A stretch of DNA of 64,000 bases from an uncultured delta proteobacterium (GTDB lineage: Bacteria > Desulfobacterota > Binatia > Binatales > Binataceae). Below, piece after piece: positions 56,516-64,000 of this stretch. The stretch lies in NCBI GenBank assembly GCA_963794325.1, contig CAWCDG010000005.1, positions 224,001 through 288,000 of the forward strand. The letters run 5' to 3'. Position 1 is the stretch's first letter. Each line of letters begins with the position of its first letter. Below the pieces are notes generated by a model. That model saw only the letters and a program-made list of their open reading frames with translations. It did not search any database and was not told where the DNA came from. The position numbers were made by a program, and so were the translations under genes.

Positions 56516-56700
56516 CGTAGTGCGCCTCGATTTCCTAGCTATATCGTGCGGGGTTCGTCGCGGTCCAGACCGATCGGTATGTGACCGCCACGTTGTAAAT
56601 CCCACGATGCTCTAGTAATAGGAATCTCAGCAGTCATCACTTTTCACAGAAAAACCCGGTCAGGAGTTCGCGCCGCCGCGAAGCCAATCGAGGGCGAAAA

Positions 56701-57798
56701 ATGCAGAAGCCAATCATCTCAGCCGATTCTCACATTACCGAACCGCCCAACACTTACGTCGATCGAATCGATCACAAGTACAAGGACACGGCGCCGCACA
56801 TGGTGCATGACGAGAAGCTGGGCGACGTGTTTATCGTCAAAGACTTCCCGCGTCCTATCAACGTCGCGCTGGCGGCAGCCGCGGGCAAGGACGCAAGCGA
56901 GCTGAGGACGATTGGCGCGAAGTTCGAGGAAATGCATAAAGGCGGATGGGATCCCAACGCGCGCATGGCCGATCAGGATCGCGATGGTGTCGCGGCCGAA
57001 GTTATCTACCCGACGGTCGGCATGATTCTCTGTAACCATCGTGACTTCGACTACAAGAAGGCTTGCTTCGACGCCTACAACCTGTGGATAGGCGAGTACT
57101 GCGCGACGCATCCGGATCGCTTGATAGGAACCGGGCAGACTGCGATGCGATCGGTCGAAGAAGGTATCTCGGATCTGCGCAAGATGAAGGACCTCGGGCT
57201 TAAGGGCGTCATGATGCCCGGCAACCCCGCGCTCGAGGATTACGACAGTCCTGTCTATGCGCCTTTCTATGAGGCCGCGATCGATCTCGAGATGCCGCTG
57301 AGCTTTCATATCCTGACCAGCAGCAGCGACAACTTTCAGACTCGCGGCCCCAAGCTCAACAGTTTCCTGTCGATCATCCGCGGATGCCAGGACATCATCG
57401 GCACGTTCGTGCTCGGCGGAGTTTTCGAGCGCCATCCGAAGTTGAAAGTAGTTTGCGTCGAGGCGGACGCGGGATGGGTGCCGCATTATATGTATCGGAT
57501 GGATCACGCTTATGATCGCCATCGCTACTGGCTACCGGCCGGCACGCTTAGCAAGATGCCGAGTGAGTATTTCCGCGAGAACGTGTACACGACATTCCAG
57601 GACGACTACGTCGCGTTCCAGGTGAGGAATCTTTGCAACATCAAGCGCCTGATGTGGGCGAGTGACTTCCCGCATAGCGACTCGACGTGGCCGTGGTCGC
57701 AAGACGTCATAGCCAAGCACACGGTCGGGATGACGGCGGACGAGAAGAACCTGGTGCTGCACGACAACGTCGCGGAGCTGTATCATCTGAGTATCTAG
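56701..57798 (+). CDS. amidohydrolase_2 family protein
   Basis: ISADSH, GGVFERHP.L, WASDFPHSD. Confidence 0.9.
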   Translation: MQKPIISADSHITEPPNTYVDRIDHKYKDTAPHMVHDEKLGDVFIVKDFPRPINVALAAAAGKDASELRTIGAKFEEMHKGGWDPNARMADQDRDGVAAEVIYPTVGMILCNHRDFDYKKACFDAYNLWIGEYCATHPDRLIGTGQTAMRSVEEGISDLRKMKDLGLKGVMMPGNPALEDYDSPVYAPFYEAAIDLEMPLSFHILTSSSDNFQTRGPKLNSFLSIIRGCQDIIGTFVLGGVFERHPKLKVVCVEADAGWVPHYMYRMDHAYDRHRYWLPAGTLSKMPSEYFRENVYTTFQDDYVAFQVRNLCNIKRLMWASDFPHSDSTWPWSQDVIAKHTVGMTADEKNLVLHDNVAELYHLSI

Positions 57799-57951
57799 CG
57801 GGTCCGCTGCTACACGTCGATTTGGGATTCACACCGTATGTAGTGGTTCCTCGGGTTGGGGCCACTACCACTGGGCACTGGTTCAGTTTGAAAGCGAAAC
57901 CAATTCTTCGATAGTCGATCGGCCAAACACGAAAAATGCGGAGGGCATCAA

Positions 57952-58410
57952 ATGAAGACCGTTCGCGAGCTGCTCGAAACTGCTTCAATCATTGAGCTGG
58001 TTGATTGGCCCAACCAAGAAGTACCTGCGACGCTTTTTCGAGCCGGTTACACTGTTGTTGGCCACGAACCTCGGGGCTTCCTATCTTACGTAGTCGCCTC
58101 AAGTCCGGCTGAAGACGCAAGCATCCGCTCGTTACCGCTCGCCGACGGTGCTTATCTCGTCGCTCATCCAATAGATGCGTTGCCGGACGGGATCGACATC
58201 GTCAACACATACCGACCAGCGGAGGAACAGTCCGACATTGCTCGCAGTGCGATTTCGCTTGGCGCGCAGGCTTTTTGGGTCCAACCAGGAGAAAAAACAT
58301 CAGACGAAGCTAGAAAGATCGCTGGTGAGGCTGGTCTCATTTTCGTCGAGGGTATCTGTATCGCGGATACGGTTCGCAAGCTTGGCATCTCCAATCGGTC
58401 ACGTACGTAA
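57952..58410 (+). CDS. CoA-binding (YccU-like) protein
   Basis: IDIVNTYRP, AFWVQPG, FVEGICI; N-terminus divergent. Confidence 0.7.
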   Translation: MKTVRELLETASIIELVDWPNQEVPATLFRAGYTVVGHEPRGFLSYVVASSPAEDASIRSLPLADGAYLVAHPIDALPDGIDIVNTYRPAEEQSDIARSAISLGAQAFWVQPGEKTSDEARKIAGEAGLIFVEGICIADTVRKLGISNRSRT

Positions 58411-58554
58411 GGGTGTGCGCCCAAGACCAGCCGACAAGCGCGAGCGCGGCAGTGTGTCGAGATTTCATGACCCCTTGTCTATCTGGCTCGCTTCCCAATC
58501 GTCCACGATCCCGATCAGATCGTCAAACGACATAGATGATCGGTAACGCCCGGG

Positions 58555-59955
58555 TCAGACTTGGATGTGTTCCCAGTGGCCGGTTTGGAAGCGCCAGACT
58601 TTTACGGTTGAGCGGACGATGTAGTCGGCGAGCAGCGACCACCAGATGTAGTTGATGCTGCCGCCGTGGTACCAAATCAGAATCGTCAGGAAGAGGCGCA
58701 TCCCGTAGAAGCCCGCGAGCGAGCCGTAGAGCGGGAAGCGTGAGTCGCCTGCGCCGCGCAGTGCGCCGGTGATGGTCCAGTCGATTGCCATCAGCGGTTG
58801 CGCGGCGGCGAGTGCGTACATGAACTGCACCGTGTCGGCGATCACAGTTTTGTCGTCGATGAAGAGCGCGGCGATGAAGTGGGCGAAGATGATGAACACC
58901 AGGCCCATCGCGGTCATCAGCACGATCGACATCCGGGTCGCTTCCCATCCGGCCTTGCGCGAAAACTTCGGATCGCCCGCGCCGAGGCCCTGGCCGACGA
59001 GCGTCGCGGAGGCGGCGGAGAATCCGAAGCCGGGCAGGAATGAGAGCGCGAGGATTCGAACGCCGATGAAGTATGCGGCGATTTCCTTGGCGCCGTAGCG
59101 CGCGACGAATCCGACGTAGGCGACGAAGCCGAACTGGATCAACAATTGTTCGATGGCGGCGGGATTGCCGACGCTGAGCATTCGCCGGCCCAGGTCGAAG
59201 TCGGGCCACAACCCCTTCCATCGAAAGTTGAGCACCATTCCGGGGATCGACAGTGCGTAGAAAAACAAAATCCCGCCGATCGCGATTGCGAGCAACGTCG
59301 CAACCGCCGAGCCGTCAACCCCGAGTGCGGGAAATCCGAACTTGCCGAAGATGAGCACGTAGTTGAAGAAGATCGCGATCACGTCGATGATGCCGCCGAT
59401 CCACAGCGGGGTGCGGGTGTCGCCCGCGCCGCGCAGCGCCGACGCGCACATCAGGAAGATTCCCTGGAACGGCTCCGAGAGCATCACGACTTGCAGGTAA
59501 CGCGCGCCCATGTCGGCCATCCGGCCGTGCACCTGGAACAGTCCCATCAGAGGACGCGCGAAAATGATCACGGGGATAGCGATGATGGTCGAGACCAGTA
59601 CGCCGAAGACGACGGATTGCTTCAGCACGTCCTCGGCGCTGTCACGATCGCTCGCGCCGATGTAACGCGCGACCAACGCGACGGTGCCGGTACCGACCGC
59701 CGCGATTCCCGCGCGCACAGCGCCGAGAATTTGGGTCGCGAGTCCGACTGCGCCGACGGCGTCCGCGCCAAGCCGTCCTACCATCAGCATCGAGGAGAGG
59801 CTGAGAATCGAATCGAGGGCGAACGACAGGATCACCGGCCACGCGAGCGCCCACACCTCGAAGCGGATGCGCTCGATTGGTGGCAGGGTCATCGCGACCC
59901 CGCCGCCCCGCCCGCCGGCTTCGACTTCGGGAACCGCTTCGAGAAACTCAGACAT
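58555..59955 (-). CDS. MATE family efflux transporter
   Basis: Two RGAGD.R.PL repeats; about 12 hydrophobic segments; TLVGQGLGAG. Confidence 0.92.
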   Translation of the reverse strand: MSEFLEAVPEVEAGGRGGGVAMTLPPIERIRFEVWALAWPVILSFALDSILSLSSMLMVGRLGADAVGAVGLATQILGAVRAGIAAVGTGTVALVARYIGASDRDSAEDVLKQSVVFGVLVSTIIAIPVIIFARPLMGLFQVHGRMADMGARYLQVVMLSEPFQGIFLMCASALRGAGDTRTPLWIGGIIDVIAIFFNYVLIFGKFGFPALGVDGSAVATLLAIAIGGILFFYALSIPGMVLNFRWKGLWPDFDLGRRMLSVGNPAAIEQLLIQFGFVAYVGFVARYGAKEIAAYFIGVRILALSFLPGFGFSAASATLVGQGLGAGDPKFSRKAGWEATRMSIVLMTAMGLVFIIFAHFIAALFIDDKTVIADTVQFMYALAAAQPLMAIDWTITGALRGAGDSRFPLYGSLAGFYGMRLFLTILIWYHGGSINYIWWSLLADYIVRSTVKVWRFQTGHWEHIQV

Positions 59956-60076
59956 GATCCAGATCAGTTACGCCAGCACGGGGCATGATAGTCAATGGAC
60001 TCTGCACGCGAGCGCGTGAGGATGAAGATCGTGCGTGCGAAATCGGTTACTATGCGGTTCACGAAGCGGGGTGGAG

Positions 60077-61561
60077 ATGAGGCAGGCAGATTCACTGACA
60101 TTGGAATCGCCGCGAGCAGAAGCTTCACGCTGGGAGCTGTCATCGATCCGGCCGACGGCAATATTCGCCGCGATCTTCGGCGTCGCCGCAATCATATATT
60201 CGTATCACTTGGGCGCCGATGCGCTGGGCGCGAGCGAGGCGTTCAGTGCGTGGTCGGCGGCAAAGCCGGGAATCGGCGCGATTGCGCGAACCCCGGTACT
60301 CGAGGAGCCGGGAAAGTTTCTGTTCTACTACGCCGCGCTGCATTACTACACGCGGATTTTCGGGCTGAGCGAAACCTCGCTGCGATCGATGTCGGTAGTA
60401 CTTTCGTTGGCGACGCTGGTGCTGGTGTTCGCGATCGGGCGCGAAATGTTCGACCAAGGCACGGCGCTCGCGGCGGCTGCGATGTGGGCGTTCAACCCGT
60501 TGGCAGTAGCGTTCGCGCACACGGCGCGAATGTACCCAATGATCATGGCGCTCGCGCTCGCGCAACTGCTGATGCTGTGGCGGATACGCAAGCGTCCGCG
60601 CGCGAGCCTCGCCGTGATGTGCGGTTTCGCAGGCGCTGCGATGCTCTATACACACATGGGTGGGATTCTGTTCATCGGTGCGGGACTGGCGATGCTGGTG
60701 CGCGACTACGTACGCGGGCTGCGAAGTCCAATGGCGTGGCTGGCGATGGCAGTAACGCTGGCGCTGTTCGTTCCGTATCTGCCGGTGCTGCGCGCGCAAA
60801 GCGAGACGATGATCTCCGGCCATTGGCTCGATTGGATCGGAACCGCGTACGAGTATCCACTCTGGATCAAAATAGCGGCGGCGCTGATAGCAGCGGCGGT
60901 CGCGGCCTGGTTCGTGTTCGGTGCATCAACAGCATCGGATGACGACGAGAAACTGCGCTGGCTAGGCGCATGGACGATCCTGCCGGGACTCATGCTAGCG
61001 GCGGGATCGATCGCGATACATCCGATGTTCAATCTGCGGTACGTTGCTCCGTCGCTGGCCACATTCGCGTTGCTGCTTGCCGCAGGAGTCGCGCGGGTGA
61101 GCGTGAAATGGCGCAATCTGATGGCGGCAGGTTTCGCACTGGTCTGTTTGATCGTGCTGCCGTTCGATCGGACCACGCCGCAGCCGTGGCGAGAGCTGGC
61201 GGCGCAGGTGTCGGCGGGCGGCGGAGCGTCGGAGCCGGTGTTCTTTGAATCGGGGTTCGTCTCGACGGACACCGCGCCGAGTGTCCCCAATGGCGGATTT
61301 CCGTTTGGGTTCTACTCTGTTCCCTTCGATTACTACTTCAAAGGAAAAAATCCGCGAATAGCTATTCCGGGATTTGATAGTGCGGCGGCGCGAGTGACTA
61401 TTGAGAAGCGCGTTGCAGCGGCGGGCGGCGGATGGCTGGTGAGTTGGAAGGGTCGCGACGCAGTAAGTTCCGAACTTCCGGACCCGACGCGGTTCAAGGC
61501 TGTCGAGAAATATCGCGGCGACCGGCTGGCATTCTATCGGATTACGCCGATCAGGAGGTGA
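60077..61561 (+). CDS. GT-C fold glycosyltransferase (family 39 / ArnT-like)
   Basis: SE.SLR..SV, ARMYP, LYTH, RY; polytopic membrane protein. Confidence 0.8.
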   Translation: MRQADSLTLESPRAEASRWELSSIRPTAIFAAIFGVAAIIYSYHLGADALGASEAFSAWSAAKPGIGAIARTPVLEEPGKFLFYYAALHYYTRIFGLSETSLRSMSVVLSLATLVLVFAIGREMFDQGTALAAAAMWAFNPLAVAFAHTARMYPMIMALALAQLLMLWRIRKRPRASLAVMCGFAGAAMLYTHMGGILFIGAGLAMLVRDYVRGLRSPMAWLAMAVTLALFVPYLPVLRAQSETMISGHWLDWIGTAYEYPLWIKIAAALIAAAVAAWFVFGASTASDDDEKLRWLGAWTILPGLMLAAGSIAIHPMFNLRYVAPSLATFALLLAAGVARVSVKWRNLMAAGFALVCLIVLPFDRTTPQPWRELAAQVSAGGGASEPVFFESGFVSTDTAPSVPNGGFPFGFYSVPFDYYFKGKNPRIAIPGFDSAAARVTIEKRVAAAGGGWLVSWKGRDAVSSELPDPTRFKAVEKYRGDRLAFYRITPIRR

Positions 61562-61643
61562 TCATCAGGCGTTGTGATCGCTTTTCGCGCCGCTTCGGGA
61601 TTCTTCGCCGCGGCGGCTCTGAATGACACAAAACGAAAAAAGA

Positions 61644-63707
61644 TTACGCGGCTTGGGAGGTTTGCGGGATTGCCATCGAGCCGGCGCCGACGCGGATCGG
61701 CAGGATCACGAGGCTGTAGCCGTAGAGCTGCAACCAGTTCTGGATCTCGACCGAGGTATGATTGTGCAGGAAGCGGCCGATGAACCCTTCGACCTCGTCG
61801 GAGAAGATGAGCTTGCCGGCGAAGAACACGACGTGCGGGAATTCGTGCGCGACTTCCAGGCATAGCCGGCGCAGCTCGACGACGACGTCGGGCGCGAGGC
61901 CCGCGCGCAGTTCAGGATGAAGGCCCAGGTCGGCGGCGAACTGGCAGTACTCATTCAAGTCGTCGGTCATCCGCTGCTCAAGCTCGTGCACTTCTTCGGG
62001 ACCTTTTAACAACGCCGCATCGACTTCGCCGACTCCGATGAAGACCACGTTGCGGAACTCGTTGGGAAACAACTGATTGACTGCGATCAAAGTCGCCAGC
62101 CCGAGGCCGTTGTAGCCGCTGACCAGGATTGCGGCGGTCGGCGCATTGGGATCGCGCGGGGCGGGTGGCTGCTTCTTGACCGAGTACAATTTCGGCAGGA
62201 TGTCGGCCTCGAGCTGTTCGATTGCCTTCGAGACCCGCTCGTAATGCCGCCGGACTGTGTGACACAGCGCGATCAGACCTCCCGTGATGACGACGGTCAC
62301 CCATCCTCCGTCGTGGAACTTGAGTGTCAGCGTGATCACCAGGATGGTCGCGGTAAAGAAGGTTCCGATGCCGTTGATGATCAGCTTGCGGAGCCATCGC
62401 TTTTCGGTCTTGCGCTCAAGCCACCAATGCGTCGTCATCCCGAGTTGCGAGAGCGTGAACGTCACGAAAACGTTGATCGCGTAGAGGACGACCAGCACAT
62501 CGACCTTCGCCTCGGTGCCTATTAGCAACAGGATTGCGGCGAGTCCGATCGTGATGACGCCGTCCTGCGTCACCAGCCGCGCGCTCAGGTTGGCGAAGCG
62601 CCGCGGCAGCCATCGGTCACTCGCCATCGTGGCAAGCACTCGCGGTCCGTCAACGAACCCGGTCTGCGCGGCGACGAACAGCAGCGCGCCCTCGGTCAGC
62701 AGCGCGAAGGTGATTATCTCGGGCCCGACGTGCAAGCCGAATATCTGCCAGTTGGACGCCAGCCGCTCGAACATCACGGCGTTGAGGGTCTTGCCGGCTT
62801 CGGCCTCGACGTTGAGCAGCAGGTAGCCGAGCAGGATTCCGCCGGCGACAAAGGCGAGCGATAGCGCCATGTAGATCATCGTGCGCTTGCCGGTCTCGGC
62901 GCGCGGCTCGCGTAGAATCGGGAGGCCGTTGCTGACCGCCTCGATCCCGGTGTAAGTGCCGCCGCCGAGGCTGTAGGCGCGGAAGAAAATCACCGCGAGC
63001 GCGAGCATCCCGATGCTGTTGGCGCTGGCGTGGACTTCGCGCACGGCATGGCCGACGATTGACGGAAGCTCGGGAGCGCGGCTCAGGATCGCGTAGCCAA
63101 CCAGCCACGCGTGCATGATGATGAAGGCGATGAAAATCGGCAGCAGCGACAGGACCGATTCCTTCACTCCACGCAGATTCATCAGGACCATCAACACTAC
63201 AACCAGGATGCAGAGCCAGAACTTGAAGGGGAGCCAATCGACGGGCAGGAAGCTGAAAATCGCGTCGGCGCCGCTCGCGATCGAAATAGCGATGGTCAGC
63301 ACGTAGTCGACGACCAGCGCCGAGCCGGATACGAGGCCGAAGTATTTGCCGAGTAGTTTGGTCGCGACCAGGTAACCGCCGCCGCCGGTCGGGAACAGGT
63401 CGATGGTTTGCGAATACGACGCCGAGATGATGAAGACCGTCAGCGCCATCAGCATCGCGAGGAACACTGCCAGGTACTGGTGGTGTCCGAGCGCGAGGAA
63501 GGCCTCCTCGGGTCCGTAGCAGGAAGAGCTCAGGCCGTCAGAGCCGAGGCCGACCCACGCGAGAAATGCGACGAGCGAGAGGCTATGGAAGATTTCGGGG
63601 TCGCGGACGTCGCGAGCCGGTCCGATCAGAACGTCACTGAGCGTGCGTTTGCCGGACTTGCCGCCGCTGGAGCCGGTAATCTTCGAACCGTTGGTCGGTG
63701 ATGCCAT
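61644..63707 (-). CDS. APC family permease (KimA/YdaO-like)
   Basis: GSDGLSSSCYGPEE, GGGGY, DYVLT, TGIEAVSNG; C-terminal cytoplasmic domain. Confidence 0.87.
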   Translation of the reverse strand: MASPTNGSKITGSSGGKSGKRTLSDVLIGPARDVRDPEIFHSLSLVAFLAWVGLGSDGLSSSCYGPEEAFLALGHHQYLAVFLAMLMALTVFIISASYSQTIDLFPTGGGGYLVATKLLGKYFGLVSGSALVVDYVLTIAISIASGADAIFSFLPVDWLPFKFWLCILVVVLMVLMNLRGVKESVLSLLPIFIAFIIMHAWLVGYAILSRAPELPSIVGHAVREVHASANSIGMLALAVIFFRAYSLGGGTYTGIEAVSNGLPILREPRAETGKRTMIYMALSLAFVAGGILLGYLLLNVEAEAGKTLNAVMFERLASNWQIFGLHVGPEIITFALLTEGALLFVAAQTGFVDGPRVLATMASDRWLPRRFANLSARLVTQDGVITIGLAAILLLIGTEAKVDVLVVLYAINVFVTFTLSQLGMTTHWWLERKTEKRWLRKLIINGIGTFFTATILVITLTLKFHDGGWVTVVITGGLIALCHTVRRHYERVSKAIEQLEADILPKLYSVKKQPPAPRDPNAPTAAILVSGYNGLGLATLIAVNQLFPNEFRNVVFIGVGEVDAALLKGPEEVHELEQRMTDDLNEYCQFAADLGLHPELRAGLAPDVVVELRRLCLEVAHEFPHVVFFAGKLIFSDEVEGFIGRFLHNHTSVEIQNWLQLYGYSLVILPIRVGAGSMAIPQTSQAA

Positions 63708-63805
63708 TCGATTTGTGCGGCGGTCCCCTGATGCAATTTGCAAATGTACGGGAAACTCGAACCTTGCGCAAAGCAATGCGGGTCGGGTTTTGGAAACGGC
63801 CCGTC

Positions 63806-64000
63806 TCAGACGGAATACGTGGCGCGCGGCATCCCGAGTTGGTAGCGGGTCGCGTCGATCAGGTTTTGCATTAATGCAGCCACGGTCATCGGGCCGGTGC
63901 CGCCGGGATTGAGGGTAATCCAGCCGGCGACTGTTTTGACCGCTTCGAAATCGACGTCGCCCACGAACTTGCCGGGGCCGACGCGCCGGAAGCCCACGTC
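63806..64000 (-). CDS. folD: methylenetetrahydrofolate dehydrogenase/cyclohydrolase, C-terminal end
   Basis: DVG...VGDVDFE...[20 protein letters not shown]. Confidence 0.85.
   Translation of the reverse strand, partial: DVGFRRVGPGKFVGDVDFEAVKTVAGWITLNPGGTGPMTVAALMQNLIDATRYQLGMPRATYSV

Noticed and set aside
60077-61561. GT-C glycosyltransferase as part of the exosortase system
   Set aside because: It lies 19 kb away with unrelated genes between; nothing in the sequence links them.

Overview
A GC-rich bacterial window. The gene repertoire (many LLM oxidoreductases, amidohydrolases, a family III CoA-transferase, mfd-surA-pdxA-uvrA) suggests a deltaproteobacteria-like soil lineage such as Candidatus Binatus; this placement is inference only. 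Housekeeping genes include alr, purH, purD, tsaC, eno, gpmI, uvrA, pdxA, surA, mfd, an ldcA/serine hydrolase/mpl peptidoglycan-recycling cluster and the end of folD. About seven genes carry single-base frameshifts that look like long-read errors. The standout locus (about 37.25-41.0 kb) is an operon of an exosortase fused to a CPBP/CAAX protease (XrtE-like), a sterol desaturase/fatty-acid hydroxylase, and four tandem 60-62 aa paralogues. Each paralogue is a 25-aa signal peptide, a variable core of only 3-5 residues, and an APELDP motif with TM helix and basic tail. The architecture suggests a ribosomally made micro-(lipo)peptide system rather than ordinary surface-protein anchoring. Also found: an unannotated 14-aa leader peptide with terminator upstream of an MFS gene, a duplicated TetR promoter/operator, a SufR-like regulator with two inverted repeats, three REP-like hairpins, and a DUF6516-type toxin-antitoxin pair. 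I saw no rRNA, tRNA, CRISPR array or transposase.
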